Origin: Candidatus Adlerbacteria bacterium
Lineage (GTDB): Bacteria > Patescibacteriota > Minisyncoccia > Phycocordibacterales > SBAW01
Assembly (NCBI GenBank): GCA_028286785.1
Contig: JAQBQX010000007.1
Location: forward strand, 1-61,319
DNA length: 61,319 nucleotides
Direction: 5' to 3'
In this document: one piece after another, positions 15,514 through 24,054 of the stretch
How positions within the stretch are numbered: the stretch's first letter is position 1
Layout of the letters: every line of letters starts with the position of its first letter
Notes under the pieces: generated by a model
What the model saw: the letters and a program-made list of their open reading frames with translations, nothing else
The model's database searches: none
What the model was told of the DNA's origin: nothing
Position numbers and translations under genes: made by a program

Positions 15514-15541
15514 AAAAAAGCCCCGACGTTGGTCGGGGTTT
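15514..15541 (-). terminator. rho-independent terminator
   Basis: On the minus strand: ACCCCGAC / CAAC / GTCGGGGC followed by TTTTTT. Confidence 0.65.
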
Positions 15542-15548
15542 CGTCATA

Positions 15549-15956
15549 TCATGATGGAATTGGAGGCATCATGCCCAAGATCACAACTAATATCAGTGCA
15601 AAGGAAACCAAACTGCCGCCCATGGTGGCGTTCGCTCCGTGGGACTGTGAACGCTCGCCGTTGAAGACATATATCCCAACGAAAAAAAGCATGCAGATGG
15701 TTAGTGCACTATACAGTACAAGATGTTCCTCGGCCTTGTTCAAGGTCCCAATAATCGAACACAGGTAGGTTATGGCAAGGATAGTCATCAATACCTTTGC
15801 GCGTTGTCGGTGTTTAACAAGAATCCGCAGGTACTCGCCCTTCTCATGTGCTAATCCGACGGGGGCGACACACATTGTCCACCAAAATAGTCCAAACTGG
15901 ACAATGGATCCTACAATCGCCGTCGCCTTGAAACCATGAATGATGTGCTCGACCAT
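15549..15956 (-). CDS. hypothetical membrane protein
   Basis: 135 aa with 4 TM helices. SD GGAGGAAGCA upstream of the ATG. Confidence 0.55.
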   Translation of the reverse strand: MVEHIIHGFKATAIVGSIVQFGLFWWTMCVAPVGLAHEKGEYLRILVKHRQRAKVLMTILAITYLCSIIGTLNKAEEHLVLYSALTICMLFFVGIYVFNGERSQSHGANATMGGSLVSFALILVVILGMMPPIPS

Positions 15957-15978
15957 TGCTTCCTCCTTCTCTATTCTG

Positions 15979-15995
15979 CCGCTACAGTAGCAGAA
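15979..15995 (-). promoter_or_regulatory. shared operator/promoter motif, copy 2
   Basis: Identical 17-mer CCGCTACAGTAGCAGAA upstream of 15549..15956, again followed by GGTACAGA. Confidence 0.45.
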
Positions 15996-16022
15996 AAAGG
16001 GAAGATGGTACAGATTTAATTT

Positions 16023-16064
16023 GTGGCGCCAAGCATATCCTCGGCATCCTACAAAATATAGTCG
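16023..16064 (+). repeat. 43-bp imperfect direct repeat, left copy
   Basis: GTGGCGCCAAGCATATCCTCGGCATCCTACAAAATATAGTCG differs from 16971-17013 by 4 mismatches and 1 indel. Confidence 0.8.
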
Positions 16065-16162
16065 CGTATTAGGGGCATTAGAGTTAATTCTGTAAACGAG
16101 TTAACTTTGACTTTATATAGTTTCTGTCGTATAGTCCATTTAGACCCATGAAGGAGTATGTG

Positions 16163-16717
16163 ATGAGCGCAAAGATCATTAACCTTAAAGAGGTTGCCGG
16201 AAGTAGGGTTAGGAAAAACGGAATCTTATTCCCTCAGATATATCGCTATACCGGGTATTCCAAGTACTCTGAAGATCGGACATTGTTCACTAGCTACTCG
16301 CTTAATCTGCACGCGGCGATTCCTGGTGATCTTGCAGCAGATTACCTAAATTGGGACGATATTACGCGAACGGAAGTTCACAGTCTTGATCACGAAACTG
16401 ATTCTGGGTGGCTAATTGTCCGGCATCATAAAAACCAAGACGCATTGAAGATGTACATGTGTGGTCTGGATGATATGTTTCCGGATTTGCATGATCATCG
16501 GTGGCATTTACCAACCTATTATGTCACTGCGTTCGGTTTCTTTAGTTTAATTATCCGCCCCGCGCGTGCCGATAGTACAGATCGATTGGTCGTTTATGTC
16601 ACGCAAGGTCCGGCGGAAAATATTCCAGGATTAATCGTCGATCATACAATGATTATTCAGTCTGACGGGTCAATGGCAAATGATGACGCGCTGTGGCCTG
16701 AACCAGATTTGGATTAA
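16163..16717 (+). CDS. hypothetical protein (orphan, in an AT-richer segment)
   Basis: SD AAGGAG 6 nt upstream of ATG 16163. A terminator follows. No recognisable motifs. Confidence 0.55.
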   Translation: MSAKIINLKEVAGSRVRKNGILFPQIYRYTGYSKYSEDRTLFTSYSLNLHAAIPGDLAADYLNWDDITRTEVHSLDHETDSGWLIVRHHKNQDALKMYMCGLDDMFPDLHDHRWHLPTYYVTAFGFFSLIIRPARADSTDRLVVYVTQGPAENIPGLIVDHTMIIQSDGSMANDDALWPEPDLD

Positions 16718-16733
16718 TAACCTGAGCAAGACC

Positions 16734-16758
16734 AACCGCCTCTAGGGGCGGTTTTTTT
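16734..16758 (+). terminator. rho-independent terminator
   Basis: AACCGCC / TCTAGG / GGCGGTT followed by TTTTT. Confidence 0.7.
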
Positions 16759-16870
16759 ATTTGTGCTAGCAACTGGTGGTGAGAGTCGGTCAGGCGTTCC
16801 AATTTGTCGTCACAAATTGGCCGCACGACCCTGCCTCCCGGCCGTGCAATTGCACGACAGCGGTCCGGCT

Positions 16871-16915
16871 TTCGACTCCGCCACGAAAAGCACGCAGGTG
16901 CTTTTCTCATCTCCA
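16871..16915 (+). other. inverted, interrupted copy of the ssrA 3' terminus
   Basis: TTCGACTCCGCC (16871-16882) and CATCTCCA (16908-16915) are the reverse complement of ssrA 17032-17051 (TGGAGATGGGCGGAGTCGAA). They are split by a 25-nt hairpin, GAAAAGCAC / GCAG / GTGCTTTTC. Confidence 0.6.
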
Positions 16916-16970
16916 CTGACATAAGCTTACGTAAAAGACTCCCGATGTGGGAGTCTTTTTATGTATTGAT

Positions 16971-17013
16971 GTGGCGTCGAGCAAATCCTCGACATCCTAC
17001 AAAAATATAGTCG
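16971..17013 (+). repeat. 43-bp imperfect direct repeat, right copy (19 nt from the ssrA 3' end)
   Basis: GTGGCGTCGAGCAAATCCTCGACATCCTACAAAAATATAGTCG. Confidence 0.8.
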
Positions 17014-17031
17014 TTACACTTCTTATTTTTG

Positions 17032-17411
17032 TGGAGATGGGCGGAGTCGAACCGCCGTGCAATCCAGTGTCGTGAGCGCTTCTACGGGGTGTAGATTATT
17101 CTGTCTTTCTGTAGCGCATACCGTTAAGAATAATCAAAATAGATATGCGGTGCAGCTCCTTATTTTCTGTCACTGCCCGAAGCGGCTGCAGTGCTAGTAT
17201 CCCAAGTTATAACACCCGGCCTCTACCGTTGGGAGCGGTAAAGAGGATGCGAGTTGGCGTTGGCGTATTACGCGAAGGCGAACTCGTTCGCCGTAAAGTA
17301 CGGCGAAGCGACAGCTGTTTTTGCAGTCATGTTTTCCAGTTTTTTACGGAGACCTGGGCTCCGACCTCGCGCATCACACGAGTGGCTGTATTGTCTAGGC
17401 CTGTCATCCCC
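17032..17411 (-). ncRNA. ssrA: tmRNA (SsrA)
   Basis: Minus strand 5' GGGGATGACAGG... and 3' ...GGCGGTTCGACTCCGCCCATCTCCA. The acceptor helix has a G3-U70 pair and CCA is not encoded. Tag reading frame GCA AAA ACA ... = AKTAVASPYFTANEFAFA* (17268-17324). smpB is adjacent. Confidence 0.9.
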
Positions 17412-17558
17412 GAGGAGGGAAGGACACGGTACAAAAACAAAGTCCTCAGGGGTACGAAAATTTCTTGCTAGAAATTTTCTCAAGTTCTCCGGCCGTCGCC
17501 GTCGAAAGCCCCCTTCGCACTTGTTTTTTTGTCTGTGTCCCGCGCTTTTCGGGAACGC

Positions 17559-18005
17559 CTAGCGATTTTTCAATGTTCTGTCGATTTCGCGTTTGGTGTC
17601 GCGCTCTTTCATGACGGCGCGCTTGTCGTACTTCTTACGGCCGCGTGCAACGCCAATCTTTACCTTGAGCTTTACCCCTTTATTATACACCGAAATAGGC
17701 ACAATTGTCAAGCCCTTTTGTCCCTCAAATTCTGCCAATTTAGCAAGCTCTTTTTTGGTCAGGAGCAGTTTGCGTGTCCTTTCGGGGTCGTAGCCCGCAG
17801 GAGTGTTGCTTGCCTGGTAGGGCGGCACCTGCATGCCCACAATATAGGCCTCGCCGCCGCGCACAATGACGTGGGAGCCTTCCAGTTTGCCATGTTTGGC
17901 GCGGATGCTCTTTACTTCGGGGCCGAGCAATTCCAAGCCCGCCTCGAACTCCTCGAGGATCTCGTAATCGAGCCGTACCTTTTTATGCTCCAACAAGTTG
18001 GCCAT
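17559..18005 (-). CDS. smpB: SsrA-binding protein SmpB
   Basis: KVRLDYEILEEFEAGLELLGPEVKSIRAKHGKLEGSHV...LLLTKKELAKL...KGLTIVPISVY. Start at MANLLEHKK. Confidence 0.9.
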   Translation of the reverse strand: MANLLEHKKVRLDYEILEEFEAGLELLGPEVKSIRAKHGKLEGSHVIVRGGEAYIVGMQVPPYQASNTPAGYDPERTRKLLLTKKELAKLAEFEGQKGLTIVPISVYNKGVKLKVKIGVARGRKKYDKRAVMKERDTKREIDRTLKNR

Positions 18006-18152
18006 GCCCTGACTATACCACTTCTGGGGCGTTCCCTCGTCTTGAGGACAAGACATAAGTGTATTCCTTATATATTCATGTATCGAGTCTACTCTAATAG
18101 CTTAGGGTGGAAGCTTCATTATTTACTATACATTTGATATACTCGCTTCATT

Positions 18153-20072
18153 ATGCCTGACTCAAAAAAACGCAAAAACGCAAAGGGGCCAATGACACCG
18201 GGCGGGGATAGTTTCTGGTTTAACTTGGTCACGGGTATCGTGGCGCTTGTCATGCTTGCAGGTGCGTACACCTACTTTGCAAACTCGACTAAAAAGCCGA
18301 GCTCTGACATCGCAATTTCGCAGCTCGCTGCAGACATCGGTGCAGGCAAGGTCAGCGCTATTACTATCGATGGCAACGACCTGGCCATTACATATGCAGA
18401 CAAGACTGAAAAGACTTCTAAAAAAGAGCCTGACTCGGCGCTGACTCAGACACTTTCGAACTACGGTATAGAAAAAGCGCAGCTCGACGCGGTGGCTATT
18501 AATGTTAAACGCGAAAGCACTTGGGAGTTTTGGGCAACACAGCTCATTCCGTTTTTGGCTCCACTTGTTTTGATCATTGCGTTTGTATGGTACTTGTCGC
18601 GCCAGATGAAAGGGGCAGGGATGCAGGCATTCTCGTTTGGCCAGAGCAAGCCACGCCTCATTGACCCCAACGACGCTAACTCGCGCGTGACCTTTAAGGA
18701 TGTTGCGGGTGCCAAAGAAGCAAAAGAAGAACTGATCGAGGTTGTCGACTTTTTGCGCAACCCGCGCAAGTTCCTCGACATCGGCGCGCGTATCCCCAAA
18801 GGCATCTTGCTCATGGGTGGTCCGGGTACCGGCAAGACCTTGCTTGCGCGCGCAGTGGCGGGCGAAGCAGGTGTGCCGTTTTTCTCGATCTCCGGTTCAG
18901 AATTCGTCGAGATGTTTGTCGGTGTCGGTGCTAGCCGCGTGCGCGACCTATTTTTGACCGCAAAGAAAGCGGCGCCTTCTATTATCTTTGTTGACGAAAT
19001 CGACGCAGTCGGCCGCGTGCGCGGTACCGGTGTCGGCGGCGGCAATGATGAGCGCGAACAGACCCTCAACCAGATACTCGTGGAAATGGACGGCTTTGAG
19101 CCAAACGAAAAGGTGATTGTTATGGCAGCGACCAACCGCCCCGACGTGTTGGACCCAGCGCTCTTGCGCCCAGGTCGCTTTGACCGCCGCGTTACCATCG
19201 ACCTGCCAGACCGCCATGACCGTCTTGAAATTTTGGCAATCCACTCGCGCAAGAAGCCGTTTGCCGAAGATGTGAATCTCGAGGTCATTGCTGAACGCAC
19301 GCCGGGCTTCTCGGGCGCAGACCTCTTCTCGCTCATGAACGAGGGTGCTATCTTGGCCGCCCGCGAAAACCGCAAAACGATCGCGCAGTTCGACCTCATC
19401 CGCTCGATCGAAAAGGTGATGCTCGGCCCCGAGCGCCGCAGCCACGTGCTCAATAAAAAAGAAAAAGAGATCACCGCATACCACGAAGCAGGTCACGCGT
19501 TGGTGGCGTCTATGTTGCCGTACGCCGACCCAGTACATAAGATCTCGATCATCAGCCGCGGTCGCGCAGCGGGGTACACCCTTAAATTGCCGCTGGATGA
19601 CAAAAAGATGCAGAGCAAACTCGAGTTCCTCGACGACATCGCGATGTCTTTGGGCGGCTACATTGCAGAGAAAATGGTGTTTAACGATGTGACGACTGGT
19701 CCAAGTAACGACCTCCAGGTATTGACCGCACTTGCGCGCGACATGGTGACCCGCTACGGTATGTCCGACAAGATGGGCACTGTTGCCCTAGAAGGCGAAG
19801 GCGGCCGCGCATTGTTTGGCGCAGGCGTCGATGGCAAAGAATATTCGGAAAAGGTCTCGGCTGATATCGACTCTGAGGTCCGTGCGATCATCGACGGGGC
19901 ATATGCCAAGGCAGAAAATATTATCGTCACTCGCCGCGATGCGCTTGATGCCATTGCTGGCCGACTGATTGAAACAGAAACAATAGAGCGCGAAGAGTTC
20001 GAACAGATCCTCATTGCCCACGGCATCACGCCCAAGCGCAAGCAGGATATCGAACACCAGCCGCTGGTATAG
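18153..20072 (+). CDS. ftsH: ATP-dependent zinc metalloprotease FtsH
   Basis: Two N-terminal TM helices, Walker [14 protein letters not shown], Walker [33 protein letters not shown], zinc motif HEAGHA. Confidence 0.97.
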   Translation: MPDSKKRKNAKGPMTPGGDSFWFNLVTGIVALVMLAGAYTYFANSTKKPSSDIAISQLAADIGAGKVSAITIDGNDLAITYADKTEKTSKKEPDSALTQTLSNYGIEKAQLDAVAINVKRESTWEFWATQLIPFLAPLVLIIAFVWYLSRQMKGAGMQAFSFGQSKPRLIDPNDANSRVTFKDVAGAKEAKEELIEVVDFLRNPRKFLDIGARIPKGILLMGGPGTGKTLLARAVAGEAGVPFFSISGSEFVEMFVGVGASRVRDLFLTAKKAAPSIIFVDEIDAVGRVRGTGVGGGNDEREQTLNQILVEMDGFEPNEKVIVMAATNRPDVLDPALLRPGRFDRRVTIDLPDRHDRLEILAIHSRKKPFAEDVNLEVIAERTPGFSGADLFSLMNEGAILAARENRKTIAQFDLIRSIEKVMLGPERRSHVLNKKEKEITAYHEAGHALVASMLPYADPVHKISIISRGRAAGYTLKLPLDDKKMQSKLEFLDDIAMSLGGYIAEKMVFNDVTTGPSNDLQVLTALARDMVTRYGMSDKMGTVALEGEGGRALFGAGVDGKEYSEKVSADIDSEVRAIIDGAYAKAENIIVTRRDALDAIAGRLIETETIEREEFEQILIAHGITPKRKQDIEHQPLV

Positions 20073-20110
20073 CATCTGGCATATCCCAGATGTAAGTGTT
20101 CCCTTAAAAA
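20072..20110 (-). repeat. box element copy D (single box plus flank)
   Basis: GCATCTGGCATATCCCAGATGTAAGTGTTCCCTTAAAAA is identical over 39 nt to 30850-30888. The box proper is 20084-20106. Confidence 0.85.
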
Positions 20111-20137
20111 AACCCCGACTGAAAAGTCGGGGTTTGT
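20106..20137. terminator. bidirectional terminator (ftsH / pyrB)
   Basis: A-run, AACCCCGAC / TGAAAA / GTCGGGGTT, T-rich tail. Confidence 0.7.
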
Positions 20138-20138
20138 G

Positions 20139-21110
20139 CTAGTTGAACATCTGATGTAGGAGCGCCATGCGGACATAGAGTCCGTTGCGCGCCTGGTCAA
20201 AATATTTGGCCTGCTTCATTCTGTCGACCGCCGTCGATATTTCGTCAATACGCGGTAGTGGATGCAGAATGATCGCATTATCGTGCATTTTGGCGGCCAA
20301 GGCTTCTGTCATGGCGTACGAGGTTCCAAGTCGGATCCTGTCCATGCTTGCGCTCAACTCAGACGAGCCGGTCATGCGTTCTTCCTGCAGGCGGGTCATA
20401 TACACCACGTCTACCTGGTCGATAACAGAAGCCAAATTCCCATACTCTTGGTATTCGACATTGTGTCGCTTGAGGTAGTCTTTGATATCGTCCCCGACGG
20501 CTAAGTTGCCGGGCGCGACAAACTTGATCTTGACCCCGTGGTACTTGCCGAGCAGATACGCCAATGAGCGCACTGTGCGGCCGTTCTTGAGGTCTCCCAC
20601 AAATGCAACGCGCAAGCTGGTGATGTATCCGAAATGTTCCTCGATCGTATACAGGTCAAGGAGCGCTTGTGTCGGATGTTGCGCCAAGTGCATGTAGTGC
20701 GGCCGGTCTTTGTTGGGTCCGCACCCGCCGTTGATGACGGGTATGTGGGCAGAGTAGTTGATGGCGCGCTCGGCGGCATCTTCGTCGGTGTGGCGCAGCA
20801 CGATCACATCGCAATATTCGCTAACGACACGGATAGTGTCTTCGAGCGTCTCGCCCTTAGCGGCCGATGAAAATTGACCCGCATTGTCGGTGCTTATGAC
20901 TCTGCCGCCGAGGCGCAGCATCGCAGCTTCGAAAGAAAGCCGCGTACGTGTGCTCGGTTCGTAAAACAGCGTCGTCATGATCTTGCCGCGCGCAGAGGAG
21001 CTTTCGCCGGTTTCTTTGTACGTTTTGGCGATGCGAAACAGCTCGCTCAATTCATCGACGGTGTATTGCTGCGTCTTGATGCAGTGGGGGACTTTTTTGT
21101 ATGCGGCCAC
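20139..21110 (-). CDS. pyrB: aspartate carbamoyltransferase catalytic subunit
   Basis: TLFYEPSTRTRLSFEAAMLRLGG, RHTDE, HPTQALLD and HPLPR motifs. Confidence 0.92.
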   Translation of the reverse strand: MAAYKKVPHCIKTQQYTVDELSELFRIAKTYKETGESSSARGKIMTTLFYEPSTRTRLSFEAAMLRLGGRVISTDNAGQFSSAAKGETLEDTIRVVSEYCDVIVLRHTDEDAAERAINYSAHIPVINGGCGPNKDRPHYMHLAQHPTQALLDLYTIEEHFGYITSLRVAFVGDLKNGRTVRSLAYLLGKYHGVKIKFVAPGNLAVGDDIKDYLKRHNVEYQEYGNLASVIDQVDVVYMTRLQEERMTGSSELSASMDRIRLGTSYAMTEALAAKMHDNAIILHPLPRIDEISTAVDRMKQAKYFDQARNGLYVRMALLHQMFN

Positions 21111-21188
21111 TTTTTCCTCCGGGGTTGAAAGGACTTTGTGTGAGCATACAGGAAAGCGGGCAAAAGAAAAAGCCGCTTATAAAGCGGC

Positions 21189-21203
21189 ATAAGTGTTCCC
21201 TTA
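21189..21203 (-). repeat. half box
   Basis: ATAAGTGTTCCCTTA in the pyrC-pyrB intergenic region. Confidence 0.5.
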
Positions 21204-21232
21204 CCCGGGCCATTTCTGGTCGGGGTTGGTTG

Positions 21233-22372
21233 TTAGGACAGAGTCCATTCTATCTCTTCGCCGAGACGGAAGGGGACAACGTCGTAATGTTGCAATTCGT
21301 CCGTATCATTCCAGACCATAAACGGTTTACGCACTTTCCATTTCAATCGCTGCAGGTGTATGGAAGGGCGTTTTTTGTCTTTATGTCCGTCCGTAACGTT
21401 AAAGAATCGCGCACCGTTGCGGCATGCAAAGTTTTCGAACCGGTCGTCCAGGGCGTTCATATTGTCGAACGCCTCGGCATATAGCTCGATACCCGCGTGC
21501 GCCATCATGACGCCGCTCGCGCAGCAATCACTTTCTTTTTTTGCTTGCGAGTGTGGTGCGGAATCGCTCCCGAGCCACACAAACGGCAGGCCTTTACCTG
21601 CCAGGTCCCGCAACGCTTCTGTATGCTCAATGCTTTGTATCGCCGGCATCCAGCTGCGATGTGGTCGAAACCCGCCGCGAAATACATCCCGACGGTCAAG
21701 CAACAAGTGGTGCGCGGTGAGGCTGCAGCCAAGCAATGGCCCGCCATGCTTTAACATGTAGTCGGCGCCCTGCTTGGTTGAAAGGTGCTCGGCCGAAATT
21801 TTGAGCTTCGGATGGGCATCTCGGATCCGCGGCAAGGACTCAGCCATGAAGTGCGGCTCTTGGTCATACGGGTCCAGCTCGACCCCGTGCGCATTTTTGC
21901 CGTCGGCAGCATGCAAACACACCACGATCTTTTTCTCGGCCGCCGCGCACAATACTTCGTGTGCGCGAGTGCCCCGTGTCCAAAGTGCAGACGGATCGGT
22001 TATCCCTTTTTCGCTATTGGTCGTGAGTCCGGCGGGATAATATTTTATTGCCTTTACGTGCTCCGGCGCGTTTGCGACTTCTTGCGGGTCAAGAGTTTCT
22101 GCAAGATACAGGCTGACATGAGTCGGCTTGTTGTACATGTCGTGCTCGTCGGGACTTGATGTGTGGATCGCTTCCTTGTATGCCGATGCGCGCTCGTTGG
22201 TGACGATGGGCGGGTCCAGGTTGGGCATAGCCAGTGTGTGCCAAAACCTTTTGCGCACCAATGGCGTCACCATGCGCAGCATGTTGCCATCGCGGTAATG
22301 CACATGCCAATCGTCCGGCATGGACATGGAGATATAGGTAGCTACACCTTCTTGGTTGCGGCCGACATTCAT
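21233..22372 (-). CDS. pyrC: dihydroorotase (class II-like)
   Basis: PDDWHVHYRDG metal-binding motif. Start at MNVGRNQ, preceded by AAGGGAG. The ORF-track N-terminal extension was discarded. Confidence 0.8.
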   Translation of the reverse strand: MNVGRNQEGVATYISMSMPDDWHVHYRDGNMLRMVTPLVRKRFWHTLAMPNLDPPIVTNERASAYKEAIHTSSPDEHDMYNKPTHVSLYLAETLDPQEVANAPEHVKAIKYYPAGLTTNSEKGITDPSALWTRGTRAHEVLCAAAEKKIVVCLHAADGKNAHGVELDPYDQEPHFMAESLPRIRDAHPKLKISAEHLSTKQGADYMLKHGGPLLGCSLTAHHLLLDRRDVFRGGFRPHRSWMPAIQSIEHTEALRDLAGKGLPFVWLGSDSAPHSQAKKESDCCASGVMMAHAGIELYAEAFDNMNALDDRFENFACRNGARFFNVTDGHKDKKRPSIHLQRLKWKVRKPFMVWNDTDELQHYDVVPFRLGEEIEWTLS

Positions 22373-22428
22373 GCTCTGTCTCCCTTGTTTAGTTAGTTCG
22401 TCCACCGGGCACTGTAGCAGAGGTAGAA

Positions 22429-22460
22429 AGAAAAAACCATCCCGGTTAACCGGGATGGTT
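22429..22460 (-). terminator. rho-independent terminator after pyrD
   Basis: Minus strand ACCATCCCGG / TTAA / CCGGGATGGT followed by a T-run. Confidence 0.7.
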
Positions 22461-22466
22461 GTGTTG

Positions 22467-23378
22467 CTATGCTTCGGCTTCAACGGGGAAGTAGTTGTCC
22501 GCCCATTGTGCTGCGATGTCGTGCAGCACACTGACGTCTTCGTTGATCATGAATGCCCCGGCGACCTGCATGCCGTCGCATCCGAGCTGTCGATATTCCT
22601 CGAGCACTGTGCCCGAGTCGATGCCGCCGGCGCCATTGATGCCGATGCGTGTGGGCAGCAGCTCGCGGAAGTGCTCGACATTGATCTGCGAAATAATCCG
22701 CAAACCTTCGCCGGAAAGTCCTGCACGGCCATTGGTGTTTTTGGCGGTGACAAGCAGCTTGCTGTCCTTGTCGCGCGGCCGCGCGTTGGGGAAGGTGTTG
22801 CACAGCGTCACTCGCGCTGCGTCAGTCGTATACAGAAACTGGGCGATACGCACCCGTTCCATCGGGTTGGCGTATGGCGAAAGCTTCCACCAGGTCTCGA
22901 TCTTTGTGCCGAGCCGCTCGCGCCAAAGGACCTTGAGCATGTCCATGGCGGCAACATCAAAGGCGAACATGTCGCTTTGCTTGCCGCCCGGGCCGAACTT
23001 GTTCGGGCAGCTGAGGTTGAGCTCCACGATGTCGGCGCCGCCCTCGTGTGCAACCACGCCCAGATCGACATACTCTTGCGGCGTGCCGCCCGAGATATTG
23101 ACCACCAGCTTTTTGCCGGTGTCGATGGCGATGTTACACATTTCAGGCAGATTGCTCCGCAGCCACTCTTTCCCTTTGTTGGGGAGTCCGAGCGAGTTGA
23201 AGAAATCGTTGCCGACCTGCACAAAATTGGTGCCACCGGTGTTGCCTTCTTGGGCAGCGCAGGTGATGCCACCGACGACGATGTGGGTCGTTAGTGGAAC
23301 TTGTGCCAGCTTGCGCACATGGTCAACCGACTTGGCGTAGCCTGCCGCATTCATATAATCAAACGAAAAACGTTTCAA
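22467..23378 (-). CDS. pyrD: dihydroorotate dehydrogenase (class 1-like)
   Basis: FDYMNAAGYAKS, GGITCAAQEGN, NISGGT, VELNLSCPN and INGAGGI motifs. TTG start at 23378 with AAGGAG 7 nt upstream, just after the mscL terminator. Confidence 0.8.
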   Translation of the reverse strand: MKRFSFDYMNAAGYAKSVDHVRKLAQVPLTTHIVVGGITCAAQEGNTGGTNFVQVGNDFFNSLGLPNKGKEWLRSNLPEMCNIAIDTGKKLVVNISGGTPQEYVDLGVVAHEGGADIVELNLSCPNKFGPGGKQSDMFAFDVAAMDMLKVLWRERLGTKIETWWKLSPYANPMERVRIAQFLYTTDAARVTLCNTFPNARPRDKDSKLLVTAKNTNGRAGLSGEGLRIISQINVEHFRELLPTRIGINGAGGIDSGTVLEEYRQLGCDGMQVAGAFMINEDVSVLHDIAAQWADNYFPVEAEA

Positions 23379-23389
23379 GGTACTTCTCC

Positions 23390-23423
23390 TTTTGTAAGAA
23401 CCCGCGCAACTATAGCGCGGGTT
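23390..23423 (-). terminator. rho-independent terminator after mscL
   Basis: Minus strand CCCGCGC / TATAGTT / GCGCGGG followed by TTCTT. Confidence 0.6.
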
Positions 23424-23457
23424 CAAGGGAAAGGGAAGGCCGATGACGAAACTAGGT

Positions 23458-23880
23458 TTATGCAGCGATGACGCTGGTACACATAGGACAGCGTCTTGCT
23501 TTCAGCGGTACATCGCTCAGGCACTCGGGACATTTTTTGGTGGTTGGGTCAGGAGTCTTTTCGCCGCGCTTGATGCGGTTGATAAAAGTGTTGAGAGGCA
23601 GCACCACAAAAAAGTAGATCGCTGCTGCGGTAAGGAAAAAGGATATTGCCGCGTTCATAAAATCGCCGTACAAAAACTCGCTTCCATTGACGGTAACTAC
23701 TCTGTGCGAAAAGTCCGGCACCTTTGCGATCGCGCCAATGAGCGGAGTGATGATGTCTTTGACCAAGGCATTTACCAACGCGCCAAAGCTGGCGCCGATG
23801 ACGATACCTACCGCCAGCTCGACGACGTTACCGCGCAGTATAAATTGTTGAAAGCCTTGTAAAATCTTTTTCATACTCAA
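23458..23880 (-). CDS. mscL: large-conductance mechanosensitive channel MscL with C-terminal CxxC-x11-CxxC tail
   Basis: FILRGNVVELAVGIVIGASFGALVNALVKDIITPLIG (MscL TM1 signature). The tail is KKCPECLSDVPLKARRCPMCTS. Confidence 0.88.
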   Translation of the reverse strand: MSMKKILQGFQQFILRGNVVELAVGIVIGASFGALVNALVKDIITPLIGAIAKVPDFSHRVVTVNGSEFLYGDFMNAAISFFLTAAAIYFFVVLPLNTFINRIKRGEKTPDPTTKKCPECLSDVPLKARRCPMCTSVIAA

Positions 23881-23896
23881 ATATTACTACTAATTG

Positions 23897-23968
23897 TGGG
23901 CGCGGAAGGGATCGAACCTTCGACCGGCCGTGTATAAGACGGCTGCTCTACCACTGAGCTACACGCCC
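23897..23968 (-). tRNA. tRNA with anticodon UAU (Ile, AUA-reading)
   Basis: Minus strand GGGCGTG TA GCTC AGTGGTA GAGC A GCCGT CTTATAC ACGGC CGGTC GAAGG TTCGATC CCTTC CGCGCCC A. Clean cloverleaf. Loop CTTATAC gives anticodon TAT. CCA not encoded. Confidence 0.75.
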
Positions 23969-24028
23969 CTGTCTCTGCCTGCCCTAAGACTATAACGCAC
24001 ACATATATAAAAAACGAGACCCATACAT

Positions 24029-24054
24029 AAAAAAGAGACCCTGTGTGGGTCTCT
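24029..24054 (-). terminator. rho-independent terminator
   Basis: Minus strand AGAGACCC / ACACA / GGGTCTCT followed by TTTTTT. Confidence 0.7.

Noticed and set aside
16871-16915. A second functional tRNA-like or tmRNA gene on the plus strand
   Set aside because: Only the T-loop/3' T-stem strand and the 3' acceptor strand are present, and they are interrupted by a 25-nt hairpin. There is no matching 5' acceptor strand or 5' T-stem strand upstream, so it is treated as a fragment.
18461-19538. Long antisense ORFs within ftsH (337 aa and 196 aa). The same phenomenon occurs at 22356..23340 (pyrD), 24154..25946 (recG), 26994..27981 (malic enzyme), 48128..48889 and 49309..50049 (pilB), 50265..51477 (pilT/pilC), 57091..58473 (ligA) and 60216..60719 (gatA).
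   Set aside because: These are shadow frames opposite well-supported genes in GC-rich coding sequence. None has start signals or recognisable motifs.
21233-22531. Full-length 432-aa version of pyrC, and similar long N-terminal extensions of pyrD (to 23426), recG (to 26972), comF (to 45527), smpB (to 18056) and the second pilin (from 52927)
   Set aside because: The extensions run through terminators, promoters or neighbouring genes and lack homology-like motifs. Internal starts with an SD or -10 context give family-typical lengths.
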